64,000 nucleotides of DNA from an uncultured Eubacteriales bacterium (GCA_902786855.1 CADAEH010000012.1:472-64471), one strand, 5' to 3'; counted from the first letter of the stretch, positions 15,824 to 25,907 are shown. The notes: generated by a model not told the origin, from the sequence alone. Numbers and translations are program-made.

Positions 15824-17461
15824 TTATCTGCCTTCTCTTTTCCGTTCGAGGACGTATCTGTACCATGCGGCGAACTCGGCTCCGAGTCTCTCAACGAGTT
15901 CTTCTGCTTCTTTTGGCTTAGCGGCTGCAGCGTACAGGCACTGCTGCGCGATCTGGTACCTTCGGGCTACTGACAGGCGCGAGATCTCCTCGTCTGTATA
16001 CTTGGCGAGGTCTGCCATTTCTTCCTGCGCGCGGAAGAATCTGATAAATGCATCTGCTGTATCGCGCCCGACGATCGGCTCGATCAGTGCAAAATCGTTG
16101 CCCGAGCTGTCGAGGATACGTGATGCCATCTCCCAGCGGCGCGGGTCGGCATACCCTTCCGTGCCTGTGTAGGCAGTCCTGAGATAGAGGTCGTTGTTGG
16201 CGAGGAATTCCATGACATATGGATTGATCCTCTTCCTGACCGCCCACGGCATCCAGTTTTCGACAGTTGTCCTGATATAGATATGGGCGAATCTGCCGAA
16301 GAGCGGTTCCGCAAGATCGTGGGCAACACTTGACTCGGCGCGGTCATTTCCGGCCGCGACGATACGGGCGTTTTCCGGGAGCGGCCAGCGGTTGTTGACA
16401 AAGCGCTCCAATACGATCTTGAAAATGACGGCCTGGGTCTGCTTGGTAGCATTGGTCAGTTCGTCGAAAAACAGTATATGCAGCTCGCCGTCTTCGCACA
16501 GGCGCTCTAGCTTTACGAGCCATACAGGCTTGATGTCTATGATCTCATCGGTGGCCTCATTGTAGACCGCGCGGCCGTTGATCGTTTCAGGAGTCTCATT
16601 GACGAGCTCGATATCGAGCACTTTCGGGTCGATCTCCTTGACACGGTCGCTCTTTCCGTCACCGGTCAGGCCGTGGATGAATACAGGGATATTCGCTTTG
16701 ACAAAAGCTCTGATCATGTCGAGCTCGTCGTGCTCCTCTATATGATAAGAAGTGCCGAAACTGCCGGAAGCGATCTCTTCATCATCCTCTGCGAGCAGCT
16801 CATCAATGAAAACCTCTGTGAGATATGCACTGGCATCCGCGCGGTCCATCCCTGCAAAAAGAGCTTTGCCGCTGATGAGCAGCTTGTTGATCTCATCATA
16901 GTACCAGCGGACAGGCTTCACCTCGATGAAGATCTCCTCACTTGCTGTGACCGCGCTGCCGTCGGAAAGCTGCACATATCCGTTGACCGTTTCCTCGGTA
17001 ACAGGGACTCTGACGATCTGCTTGGCACCGAGCCTGTAGACATCCCGTTTTGCCCCGCATACCGTGTAGCTCGTCCCGGTCTTCCTGAGAGTGCCTTCCT
17101 GATACTGCTTTTCAGCCATTTCCCGCATCGACGGGTCAAGGATCACAGATGGAAAAGTCCCCAGTTCAACCGTTAAGATATCTCCCATCTCACGCGGGTG
17201 GCTGAGCTGTTTTTCATCGCCGGGCTCCATCAGGATAGCCGGTCTCACTGCACAGTTCACGCTCTTGTGATCACGGCCGAATCTGTCGACACAGTCTTCA
17301 CCCGCAAGAAAGTAATTGACACTTTTATCGCTGAGCGTGAATCCGTCATCAGGTATCGTAGCCAGGACCAGGTCGCTCGCCTGCACCGCTGTTCCGACTG
17401 TACGGAAGACCGGAAGCGGGTTCTCAAACAGCTGCTTATGTGATAAGAAAATCGATTTCAT
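15824..17461 (-). CDS. MoxR-like AAA+ ATPase (AAA_5 type) with about 260-aa uncharacterised N-terminal domain
   Basis: Walker A: IHGLTGDGKSD. Walker B and sensor: ILFFDELTNATKQTQAVIFKIVLERF...RIVAAGN. GAGGAG RBS. The start overlaps the upstream gene by 26 nt. Confidence 0.7.
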   Translation of the reverse strand: MKSIFLSHKQLFENPLPVFRTVGTAVQASDLVLATIPDDGFTLSDKSVNYFLAGEDCVDRFGRDHKSVNCAVRPAILMEPGDEKQLSHPREMGDILTVELGTFPSVILDPSMREMAEKQYQEGTLRKTGTSYTVCGAKRDVYRLGAKQIVRVPVTEETVNGYVQLSDGSAVTASEEIFIEVKPVRWYYDEINKLLISGKALFAGMDRADASAYLTEVFIDELLAEDDEEIASGSFGTSYHIEEHDELDMIRAFVKANIPVFIHGLTGDGKSDRVKEIDPKVLDIELVNETPETINGRAVYNEATDEIIDIKPVWLVKLERLCEDGELHILFFDELTNATKQTQAVIFKIVLERFVNNRWPLPENARIVAAGNDRAESSVAHDLAEPLFGRFAHIYIRTTVENWMPWAVRKRINPYVMEFLANNDLYLRTAYTGTEGYADPRRWEMASRILDSSGNDFALIEPIVGRDTADAFIRFFRAQEEMADLAKYTDEEISRLSVARRYQIAQQCLYAAAAKPKEAEELVERLGAEFAAWYRYVLERKREGR

Positions 17462-18524
17462 GTCCTTTTATCTCCTCAGGTTTTTTAACGTATAAGACTC
17501 TCCCGCCGGGCGGGTTGACCGGTGTATCGCTGTACACGAGCCAGATCGCATCGCACCGTGTTTCCGGCATCTCTGCGTATCCGTCCGTGAATATTATCTT
17601 GGTCTCTGCATCGCCGGTAAAGGCTCTCACAGCGGTCTCGAAATTCGTACCACCCGCGCCTTTCAGCTCCAGTGACGCGATGTCTTTTTCAGAATTGATC
17701 TCCTGAAATCCGTAGAACTCGGTGTCAAAGCATCCGACTTTGACCACAGCATCCTCTCTCAGCAGTTCCTTGACTCCTCTGACAAAAGCCCTCAGCAGGT
17801 CCTCGTCGATCGATGCGCTTGTATCAAGGAGTATCTCGGCGTGCGGCACGGGATAAGGCTTGAACTGCTCTTTGAGTATGCCATCCTTGATCTTGTCTCC
17901 CGGGAACCAGTCATAGTCAAGCTGCAGGCTCGGCTCGAGCAGATCCGCCAGGCCGGCTACTGCTTTGGCAAGACCGGGGTCTTCGATATCGCGGTCCTGC
18001 GCGCCAGGGAGTCCTCCTGCCTGCTTGTTCAGATCCTCTCTCTGATACAGCAGCAGGACATCGACTTCTTCGGTCGGCTCGCCTGACTGCTCCTCTGACT
18101 CTTTCAGATCAGGATCATCTCTTTCAGCCTTCTCGTAGAGTATATCATATACTTCCTCAGCGCTTTTGCCCTCTGCATCCCTGCACCTGAAAACGTTGAC
18201 CGGCGGCTCGAATCCGTCAGCTATAAGCAGCTCATTGATCACAGCCGCGCAGGCAAGATCCCAGATCCGTCTGTCCCGCTCTCTTCTCCTCTGCTGGTGA
18301 GCCAGCTGGATATGCATGAGCTGCTGCGCGATCAGATAAGCCTGGACGTCAGCAGGGAGCAGATCCATCTTGCGGCTGTTGTAATAGACGACTTTGCCGT
18401 TGTAGCCGGTAGGATCCACGCCGGGCACATTTTTGAACTCCACGACGTTCATCAGGTCGCGCCATTCAGGGCACTTATCCAATATATTCATTTGTGTCTC
18501 ATGCAGGTCAAAAATGAATTCCAT
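17436..18524 (-). CDS. putative metallopeptidase (DUF2201_N-like) + VWA-like domain protein
   Basis: An HxxxxH-containing helix (QQLMHIQLAHQQRR) in the N-terminal half, and a VWA-like beta-alpha region starting ILLDTSASIDEDLL in the C-terminal half. The ATG directly abuts the TGA of the AEC transporter gene. Confidence 0.6.
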   Translation of the reverse strand: MEFIFDLHETQMNILDKCPEWRDLMNVVEFKNVPGVDPTGYNGKVVYYNSRKMDLLPADVQAYLIAQQLMHIQLAHQQRRRERDRRIWDLACAAVINELLIADGFEPPVNVFRCRDAEGKSAEEVYDILYEKAERDDPDLKESEEQSGEPTEEVDVLLLYQREDLNKQAGGLPGAQDRDIEDPGLAKAVAGLADLLEPSLQLDYDWFPGDKIKDGILKEQFKPYPVPHAEILLDTSASIDEDLLRAFVRGVKELLREDAVVKVGCFDTEFYGFQEINSEKDIASLELKGAGGTNFETAVRAFTGDAETKIIFTDGYAEMPETRCDAIWLVYSDTPVNPPGGRVLYVKKPEEIKGHEIDFLIT

Positions 18525-19466
18525 TCAGTATATACCCAGGGTCTTGAATATGAACAGCCACAGGAAAAGCGTGATGCATGACAGCGGGGTCGAGATCATA
18601 ACAGCGCTCCCTGCGATCTCCCCGTCGCTGTCCATCGCAACGGCCATAGGAAATGACGACACGGCTGTCGGAGATGCCATCATTATCAGCAGGGTCACGA
18701 ACTCGGCGCCCCTGAATCCCATCAGGGCTGCGATCGGAAGTCCGATCATCGGGACGATGACCAGCCTTCCCAGTACACATATCATTATACTCCTACCTCT
18801 GGATGTTATCACAGAAGGATCAAAAGATACGCCAAGCATAATAAGTGCCATCGGCATCGTGGCTTCAGACATGCCTTCGATCACGCCTGCCGCGATCCCC
18901 GGGATCTTTATCCCGGTCAGACAGACTACAAGGCCGGCCGCAGCGCCTATGATCAGAGGGTTCCTGAGCACTTTGAGCGCCACAGTCCCGATATCTGCTT
19001 TGCCGCCCCTGAAGTGTTCCAGAAGTATGACGGCGATAAAGTTGAAACACGGGACAACGAATGTGACCATCATCGCTGCAGTCGGGAGACCCGGCTTCCC
19101 GAAAATATTCTGAACGATCATGATCCCCATCAGGACAAAATTGCTCCTGTAGATGGCATGGATCATGGCCCCGCGTGAAGCGTCATTATCCTCTATGCGG
19201 ACGATCACAAAAGAGATCACCAGCACAGATATAACAATGAAAGAGATCGCGAATACTACCAGCTTAGCGTTGAACACGACCGACAGGTCCGCGTTGTAAA
19301 TATTTCCGAACAAAAGAACAGGATAGAAGAAAGTAAAAAGGATCCTGTTCATTCGCTTATTTTCTTGGCTGTTCATCATGCCGGTCCTCCTGATCATCAC
19401 ACCGATCACGATGTAGATAAACAGCGGGAGGACAGCATTGAGACATATCCTCAGATTTTCAATCAA
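18525..19466 (-). CDS. AEC (auxin efflux carrier) family transporter
   Basis: 313 aa and polytopic, with an N-terminus typical of the family (LNAVLPLFIYIVIGVMIRR). Confidence 0.65.
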   Translation of the reverse strand: MIENLRICLNAVLPLFIYIVIGVMIRRTGMMNSQENKRMNRILFTFFYPVLLFGNIYNADLSVVFNAKLVVFAISFIVISVLVISFVIVRIEDNDASRGAMIHAIYRSNFVLMGIMIVQNIFGKPGLPTAAMMVTFVVPCFNFIAVILLEHFRGGKADIGTVALKVLRNPLIIGAAAGLVVCLTGIKIPGIAAGVIEGMSEATMPMALIMLGVSFDPSVITSRGRSIMICVLGRLVIVPMIGLPIAALMGFRGAEFVTLLIMMASPTAVSSFPMAVAMDSDGEIAGSAVMISTPLSCITLFLWLFIFKTLGIY

Positions 19467-19572
19467 TTTTCCACCAGAAGTCCCTTCATTACCTTTTATC
19501 CCGAAATGCGTTTTACCTCACGGTCCATACAGTTCAAATCATGCCCTTCCTCATTGTCAGTGAGTTTTGAAC

Positions 19573-20613
19573 TTACCAGATGCCCATAATGCGCTGCATG
19601 ATAAGGCTGACAACGATTATGCCTGCCCAGCAGCACGCGCCCAGCACGATAGGCTTTCCGCCTGACTTTATGAGCTTGACCATATTACTGTTGAGACCGA
19701 TGGCCGCCATAGCCATGACGATGCAGAACTTGCTGAGTTCTTTTACCGGCGCGAATACGCCTGAAGGCACACCCATGCGCACTGCGATCGTTGTCACGAT
19801 CGATGCGAGGACGAAATACAGGATGAACATCGGAAACGACCTCTTCAGGCTGAATCCTGAGGTGTTCCCCTGATCAGCCTTCCTGCTGCGGATCAGCGCC
19901 AGCACAAGAGTGATCGGTATGATCGCGAGTGTCCTTGTCAGCTTGACTGTCACTGCAGTATCGAGTGTCTGTGTGCCGAGTGACCACATGCTGTCCCAGG
20001 TAGAGGCTGCCGCCGTCACTGATGAAGTATCATTGATCGCCGTTCCCGCAAATATACCGAATGACTCTCCGCCTGTGGTATCAAATCCGATCGCGCTGCC
20101 CATTGCCGGGAAGATGATCGCCGCCAGCACATTGAAGAAGAATATGACGGATATCGCCTGTGCTACCTCGCTGTCGTCAGCATCTATGACCGGCGCTGTT
20201 GCCGCAATAGCAGAACCTCCGCAGATCGAAGAGCCGACGCCTATCAGGGTAGATATGTTGCCCGGAATGTTCATGGCCTTGTGAAGCACCCACGCTATGA
20301 GCAGAGAAGTGCATATAGTACTTACGATTATTGGAAGCGACTGCCTGCCTGTCCTGAGGATCACGTTCAGATCCATACCAAAACCAAGCAGGACTACCGC
20401 CGCCTGCAGGACGTACTTCGATGTGAATTTTATCCCCGGCGAAGCTTTTCCGTGATCAGTCCAGAACATGGCTATCACCATGCCTGCCAGTATTGCAATT
20501 ATAGGTCCCCCTATGACAGGAAACATCTTTCCAACCAGCCATGCCGGTATCGCGATCAGCAGACATATCAGCATACCGCGGCCTTTTACCTTAAAGAAAT
20601 CGTTCATAACCAA
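19573..20613 (-). CDS. YeiH/UPF0324 family membrane protein (putative sulfate exporter family)
   Basis: 346 aa with about 10 TM segments. Overall pattern of the YeiH family (KYVLQAAVVLLGF...GSSICGGSAIAA). Confidence 0.6.
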   Translation of the reverse strand: MVMNDFFKVKGRGMLICLLIAIPAWLVGKMFPVIGGPIIAILAGMVIAMFWTDHGKASPGIKFTSKYVLQAAVVLLGFGMDLNVILRTGRQSLPIIVSTICTSLLIAWVLHKAMNIPGNISTLIGVGSSICGGSAIAATAPVIDADDSEVAQAISVIFFFNVLAAIIFPAMGSAIGFDTTGGESFGIFAGTAINDTSSVTAAASTWDSMWSLGTQTLDTAVTVKLTRTLAIIPITLVLALIRSRKADQGNTSGFSLKRSFPMFILYFVLASIVTTIAVRMGVPSGVFAPVKELSKFCIVMAMAAIGLNSNMVKLIKSGGKPIVLGACCWAGIIVVSLIMQRIMGIW

Positions 20614-20670
20614 TACCTTTTATATCTTTGATCTGTCTGTGCCCCCATTACGCTCCGGGTTCTGAGGACT

Positions 20671-20744
20671 TTAATGTATAACTATTCCGGTTTCAGGACC
20701 CTTAATGCATAACTATTCTCAAAACTCTTAATGCATAACTGTTC
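20671..20744. repeat. three direct 17-bp boxes TTAATG(T/C)ATAACT(A/G)TTC upstream of the YeiH-like gene
   Basis: Copies at 20671-20687, 20702-20718 and 20728-20744, between the MerR stop (20750) and the YeiH start (20613). Candidate operator or UP sites. Confidence 0.6.
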
Positions 20745-20749
20745 GGCTA

Positions 20750-21964
20750 CTAAGATCTTACCGACATGATATGTCTGTAGATCGCTTCGCCCTTCTCCGT
20801 ATTGAACTCCTGCAGGGTCGCAAGGAGCGCTTCTGCTGCTTCCTCTGCCCGCTCTCCGCACTGCAAGGCTTCCGGCGCCATAGTGAGCCACAGACACCTG
20901 AGCGAGTCTTTGAGAACACGCATCTCAGGGTCTGCATTGTCACTGCCTGTAGGATCAGCCGCTCCGGTTCCGGAGAGTTCCCTGCTATCCTGACATTTGC
21001 CGTCATTACTGAAGAACTCCCTGCTCTTCTGGCAGGCGTTGATCTTTGCTATAAGATCGGACTTCTGACCGGCTTCGCTTCCGAGGAACATGCGCAGATA
21101 TATCGCGATGTCTTCATCCTCCGGCAAGATCCCCTTCGCGGCATCCGCGCATATCGAAGCAGCTCTTTTTAGAGCGCACTTTCGGTAGACCTTTTCCAGT
21201 TTTGCCGGAACGCCGGCACACTGGTCCAGGAAACGGTACAGCTTGCCGACATAAGACTTGCCGTAATTACGGTTATATTCTTTTCGCTTTAGAGCGACAA
21301 ATTCATCCAGAGTCTGGTCTGACACGCGGATCATGTGCGCGCCGGCCTCTGCTGTAAAATCAGGCTGCATTATGAGCTCGACAAAAGAGTCGATATCATC
21401 CTGTGCCGCATTTCTTACAGCACGATCGTAGATCCGCAGGGCAGCTATGCTCTGGTCGAGCGGGATGCCTGCGTCCATTCTTCTCTTGACCAGCTTCATG
21501 ACCGACAGGTCCTCTTCAGTAAAGGCTTCACGTTGCCTTTTCCTTGCCGCAGAGATGAGTCCCGCCTCTGAGAGCGTGGCTATCTGATGCCTGTCAAGTC
21601 CTGACAAGCGCACGGCATCGTCTGTGGTCAGCACTCTTGGGTCCGTGCTGTCATCCACTTTGTGGATCGCATCCAGCAAAGCCATCTCAGGCGGGCGGCG
21701 GAGCGTATCGGTATCGAGCAGATCGCGGATCACGCTAATAGGATAATACCGCTCCTTCTGGAGCATGTGGATCATTCTTACCGTCTCGATACAGGCAGGA
21801 TCATACCAGGACATGTTCCTGCCGGTTTTTACGACAGGCCTGATCAGACCCTCGCGTATATAATACTTGAGAGTCGTGATATTAGTATCAGTTTGTTTTG
21901 CCAGTTCGCCGATCTTGATGAGCCCTTCTGTAGAAGCACGAGGCTCACGGCTGTTTTCATTCAT
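20750..21964 (-). CDS. MerR-family regulator with long C-terminal domain
   Basis: HTH: IKIGELAKQTDTNITTLKYYIREGLI. It has a 300-aa helical C-terminal extension. Confidence 0.75.
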   Translation of the reverse strand: MNENSREPRASTEGLIKIGELAKQTDTNITTLKYYIREGLIRPVVKTGRNMSWYDPACIETVRMIHMLQKERYYPISVIRDLLDTDTLRRPPEMALLDAIHKVDDSTDPRVLTTDDAVRLSGLDRHQIATLSEAGLISAARKRQREAFTEEDLSVMKLVKRRMDAGIPLDQSIAALRIYDRAVRNAAQDDIDSFVELIMQPDFTAEAGAHMIRVSDQTLDEFVALKRKEYNRNYGKSYVGKLYRFLDQCAGVPAKLEKVYRKCALKRAASICADAAKGILPEDEDIAIYLRMFLGSEAGQKSDLIAKINACQKSREFFSNDGKCQDSRELSGTGAADPTGSDNADPEMRVLKDSLRCLWLTMAPEALQCGERAEEAAEALLATLQEFNTEKGEAIYRHIMSVRS

Positions 21965-22029
21965 TGTACAATCTCCTCAGCGCAAGGAGAGCGGCCCTTT
22001 TTAAGCTGGACCGCTCCCCGTTAAGCTGT

Positions 22030-23241
22030 CTATTCACAGTCTATCACAATTTTGATGACATCAGGCGGATTTTTCAAGGCGAGCTCCAGAGCTTCCTTGT
22101 AATCATCCAGCTTGAAGTGGTGTGTGACGAAACCGTCGACACTGTATTTGCCGTCTCTTATCCACTCCTGAACAAGGTCGAATGTGTAAAGCTTGCGGCC
22201 TTCCCATTCTTCCATGCCGTGAGCATCGACTCCGACCAGAGTGAGTTCCTGCCACCATACAGGGGTCTCATCGAAGTTGATCGGACGCATGTGGTGGCCG
22301 ATCTTGACCAGAGTGCCTCTGGCTTTCAGCAGTCTGACGCCCGTAGTGTTCGACCAGTCTCCGCCGATGCAGTCATAGATCCTGTCAAAACCGCCGAAGA
22401 AGTATTTATTACCTCTCATTCCGGTATACACTTCGCTTCCGCCGGTCGCCTCAGATGCCGCTTCATAGATCTCGCCTTTCAGCACATGATCAGCACCGAG
22501 CTTGAGAGCGAATTCCTGTTTTGACTGGACCCGTTCAAGCACCCAGACCTCGCAGTCCGGTTCAACGACCTTGATCGCCTGCACGATGCCGAGGCCGATG
22601 GTCCCGCATCCCATGACTAGGATCTTTTCGCCTTTTTTCGGAGGCGCGCAGAGGACTGCGTGAACAGATACGCAGGAAGGCTCTATCATGACAGCCTGCT
22701 CATCGGTTATCTCATCATAAACATGTGCAAGACCTTTTGCAGGATAGATGAAAGTGTCGCTCCATCCCGCGCCGGTCATCAGTTCTCCGTATGGTGCTGG
22801 AGTCCCGAAGTTGGTACAGAAATTATAGTCACCGCTCTCGCAGTACGCGCAGCGCCTGCGGATGCCCTTGGTGTCACAGCCTGCCATGTAGGCGCGGATC
22901 GTAACACGGTCGCCGACCTTGAAGTCAGTCACTCCGCTCCCGACCTCAGTTACTACGCCGACATTTTCGTGGCCGAGGAAAGTCCTTTGGGTGCCCGGGA
23001 TCGGCTCGAGCGCTGAGGTCAGGCCAGTCGTCGCTTTATAAAAACTTATATCCGTGCCGCAGAGGCCGCAGGCGATATTCCTGACCCTTACCCAGTCGTC
23101 TGCAGGGAGAGCAGGTTCAGGCAGCCCGGTCTCATATTTTACCGCATTGATCCCGGTGGACAGCAGCTTTTTGGCACGGCCTGCGGCCGCCTTGGTAGCA
23201 AGGATCCGCGGTATGTCCCTATCAAAAAATACTGTTTTCAT
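22030..23241 (-). CDS. zinc-dependent alcohol/polyol dehydrogenase (MDR family)
   Basis: CGLCGTDISFYK, GHENVGVVTEVG, a structural-zinc Cys cluster (CAYCESGDYNFC), and the Rossmann motif VMGCGTIGLG. Confidence 0.8.
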   Translation of the reverse strand: MKTVFFDRDIPRILATKAAAGRAKKLLSTGINAVKYETGLPEPALPADDWVRVRNIACGLCGTDISFYKATTGLTSALEPIPGTQRTFLGHENVGVVTEVGSGVTDFKVGDRVTIRAYMAGCDTKGIRRRCAYCESGDYNFCTNFGTPAPYGELMTGAGWSDTFIYPAKGLAHVYDEITDEQAVMIEPSCVSVHAVLCAPPKKGEKILVMGCGTIGLGIVQAIKVVEPDCEVWVLERVQSKQEFALKLGADHVLKGEIYEAASEATGGSEVYTGMRGNKYFFGGFDRIYDCIGGDWSNTTGVRLLKARGTLVKIGHHMRPINFDETPVWWQELTLVGVDAHGMEEWEGRKLYTFDLVQEWIRDGKYSVDGFVTHHFKLDDYKEALELALKNPPDVIKIVIDCE

Positions 23242-23254
23242 ATCTCCCTCCGTA

Positions 23255-24043
23255 TCAGGTCAGCATATCCTGCAGGACAGCCATATAGTCATTCAGATAT
23301 AACGCGTATTCCGGACTTCCCACTGTTTCAACATAGTGCTTTTCCGTTGCCTCCACGAATTCGACTTCCTTGCCGAGCACTTTAAGTGCGCCTTCAAGCG
23401 AAAAGAAGTGGAAAAGCACGAAAGGCGTGCGACGCTTGTATACGCCGTGGCCGGATTTGGATTTTCCTGCCTTGATCCTGAGATAGCAAGCTATGTAATC
23501 CGGGATATCGTTATGCTCTACTATGAACTGATATATGCGGTCCGGCTGTCTTTCGCAGAATTCACGCATATCCGGGTCTCCGAGCTTGTTGTACTGGCTC
23601 AGAGCCCTGGTGATCATGTAGAGCGAGCATTTTACCTTGAGGGCCTTTTCCCCTTCATCCTTGAGCTTGTCGTTAGGCTTTGTCATGATCATCAGCCCGA
23701 GCAGGAGCTGCAGGAATTTCGGAAGGATCTTAAGGTTTCCTTTTATTCTCGGCATAGCAAGTCCGCCCTTGAGCAAAGCCAGCATCTTGCTGACGGATGA
23801 GAATGTCAGGGCCAGATCCGGTTTTTCCGCCGGACCTTCGACGACCTTCAGCTTACCGTTGTCAAAAATCATATGACAACACAGCAGTTCTCCGTCATTC
23901 TTTGCTCCAAACTGGATCACACCTGAGAAGTTGTGGAATTTCTTTTTCAGGTTGTAATCATCGTCGATCAGGACCTGCATTGTCGGAAACGCCGCGTTAA
24001 AGAACAGTCTCGCAGCCATTATTTCCTGTGAGGTTGCAGCCAT
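23255..24043 (-). CDS. hypothetical protein in the transketolase operon
   Basis: 262-aa ORF packed between the transketolase C-subunit gene (12-nt gap) and the dehydrogenase gene (13-nt gap). No confident motif recognised. Confidence 0.65.
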   Translation of the reverse strand: MAATSQEIMAARLFFNAAFPTMQVLIDDDYNLKKKFHNFSGVIQFGAKNDGELLCCHMIFDNGKLKVVEGPAEKPDLALTFSSVSKMLALLKGGLAMPRIKGNLKILPKFLQLLLGLMIMTKPNDKLKDEGEKALKVKCSLYMITRALSQYNKLGDPDMREFCERQPDRIYQFIVEHNDIPDYIACYLRIKAGKSKSGHGVYKRRTPFVLFHFFSLEGALKVLGKEVEFVEATEKHYVETVGSPEYALYLNDYMAVLQDMLT

Positions 24044-24055
24044 ATGATCACCCCC

Positions 24056-25069
24056 CTATTCATCTTCCCAGCTCTCGTCTTCTTCGAATTCAAGGCCCAT
24101 CATCTCACGGACTTTGTCTACGATACCGTTGGAGTCAAAACCGTAGTAAGCATACAGGTCCTCTGCATATCCGATCTCAGAGAAGACGTCCATCATACCG
24201 TGCTTTCTGAATATGCAGCCTTTTCCTGATTCAGCTATTACTGAGCCGACTGCGTCTCCGAGCCCGCCGTAGATGTTGTGCTCTTCGACCGTGAGTATCC
24301 TTCTTGTATCCATGACTGCCTGTACGATCGCTTCGCGGTCGATCGGCTTGATGGTATGCATGTTGATGACACGGACACTGAGGCCGTCATTTTCCGCAAG
24401 TGTCTTGGCGGCATTCATGGCCTGCAGCACTGCGATGCCGCAGCAGATGATGGTAAAGTCAGTGCCCTCTCTCATGGTGATGGCCTTGCCGACTTCGTAT
24501 TCATAGTCATCGCTCTCATAGCATGGCGGCTCGAATCCTCTTCCGATACGTACATAGACCGGTCCCGGGATGTCGATGCAGGCCTGGACGGCTTTGCTGG
24601 TCTCGATACCGTCAGCCGGGCAGATCACTGTCATATTAGGTATAGCGCGCATGATGGCAAAGTCCTCGGTGCAGTGGTGTGTTGTCCCCGCGTGCCCGAA
24701 GGAGATGCCTGCGTGGGTGGCGATGATCTTGACCGGCAGGTTCTGATAAGCTATATCAGTCCTGACCTGCTCGCCGGCACGCATCGTCGCGAAGATCGCC
24801 ATGGTGGAAACGAACGGGATCAGGCCGCCCTTGGCAAGTCCCGCAGCGATGCCCATCATGTTTTGCTCGGCAATACCGACATTGTAGAAACGGTCAGGGT
24901 ACTTGTCTGCGAAGAATTTGATCGCGGTAGTTTTCTCGAGGTCGGCCGTCATTCCGACGATCTTGTCGTTGGTTTCAGCCAGATATGCAAGAGTACGTCC
25001 GTAGATCTCTCTTGCTGTCATGGTAGCGCCGTCATAGGCGTTCCAGTTGGTTCCGGTAATAACTGCCAT
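24056..25069 (-). CDS. transketolase, C-terminal (pyrimidine-binding) subunit
   Basis: YNVGIAEQNMMGIAAGLA, and ...HGMMDVFSEIG near the end. It starts 1 nt after the N-subunit stop. Confidence 0.85.
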   Translation of the reverse strand: MAVITGTNWNAYDGATMTAREIYGRTLAYLAETNDKIVGMTADLEKTTAIKFFADKYPDRFYNVGIAEQNMMGIAAGLAKGGLIPFVSTMAIFATMRAGEQVRTDIAYQNLPVKIIATHAGISFGHAGTTHHCTEDFAIMRAIPNMTVICPADGIETSKAVQACIDIPGPVYVRIGRGFEPPCYESDDYEYEVGKAITMREGTDFTIICCGIAVLQAMNAAKTLAENDGLSVRVINMHTIKPIDREAIVQAVMDTRRILTVEEHNIYGGLGDAVGSVIAESGKGCIFRKHGMMDVFSEIGYAEDLYAYYGFDSNGIVDKVREMMGLEFEEDESWEDE

Positions 25070-25070
25070 T

Positions 25071-25907
25071 CTACTCGCCTCCCTTCATGATCTCTTCCTT
25101 TGCTTTCTCGCAAACTGCAGAGTCAGCGGAAGCATAGTGGTAAACAACGTTATTTTCCATGAAACCGACGCCTTTGCCCTTGACCGTGTTGGCAAGGATC
25201 AGTACAGGCACATCGGTCGCTGCCCAGGCGGTCGTCAAAGCATCATCGACCGCATCGAGATCATGGCCGTCGATATCCAGGACATTCCAGCCAAAAGATC
25301 TCCACTTGTCAGCGAAAGGCTCGAGTGCCATTACCTGCTCGGTCGTACCGTCGATCATGAATTTATTGCGGTCCACGATCCCGATAACATTTCCGAGTTT
25401 AAAATGAGCGGCGGACATTGCTGCTTCCCATACGCTTCCTTCGCAGCATTCACCGTCGCCCATCAGGCATACTGTTTTCCAGTCTTTTTTCAGTTGTCTT
25501 GCAGCCAGACCGAGGCCGACCGCCATCGAAAGGCCGTGTCCGAGGCTCCCTGCAGAAGCATCGCAGCCTATTATCTTCTTGCTGTCCGGATGCATCGCAA
25601 ACGGGCTCCTGAAGTGGTTGAATGACTTCAGTTCCTCCTCAGGGAAGTAACCTCTTTTGGCCAGTGTTGGGATATAACCCGCAGCGGCATGTCCCTTTGA
25701 CAGGATGAAACGATCTCTGTCTTCCATATCCGGATCCTTCGGATCAATGTTCAGATGTTTGAAATACAGCATTGTCAGGATCTCAACAATGCTAAGTGAG
25801 CCTCCGATATGAGCGCCGCCCGACCAAAGCATCACATCAACGATGGACATGCGGAGCTCTTTTGCAATTTGTTTATATTTCCGCTTTTCTTCTGCCGTGA
25901 GTGCCAT
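25071..25907 (-). CDS. transketolase, N-terminal (TPP-binding) subunit
   Basis: GGHIGGSLS, SKGHAA, GSLGHGLS and MGDGECCEGSVWEA motifs. Confidence 0.85.
   Translation of the reverse strand: MALTAEEKRKYKQIAKELRMSIVDVMLWSGGAHIGGSLSIVEILTMLYFKHLNIDPKDPDMEDRDRFILSKGHAAAGYIPTLAKRGYFPEEELKSFNHFRSPFAMHPDSKKIIGCDASAGSLGHGLSMAVGLGLAARQLKKDWKTVCLMGDGECCEGSVWEAAMSAAHFKLGNVIGIVDRNKFMIDGTTEQVMALEPFADKWRSFGWNVLDIDGHDLDAVDDALTTAWAATDVPVLILANTVKGKGVGFMENNVVYHYASADSAVCEKAKEEIMKGGE

Noticed and set aside
15646-15921. Short ORFs (69-91 aa, both strands) in the 163-bp gap between the AAA+ and EamA genes
   Set aside because: They overlap each other and the flanking genes, and have biased composition and no RBS. 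The gap is more likely a promoter or spacer.
18433-19113. 226-aa plus-strand ORF, with similar ones at 19580-20631
   Set aside because: They are antisense to the AEC and YeiH-like transporter genes. High-GC membrane-protein genes commonly leave such open antisense frames.
24278-25625. Plus-strand ORFs of 270 and 192 aa
   Set aside because: They are antisense shadows of the two transketolase subunit genes, whose TPP and pyrimidine-binding motifs are unambiguous.
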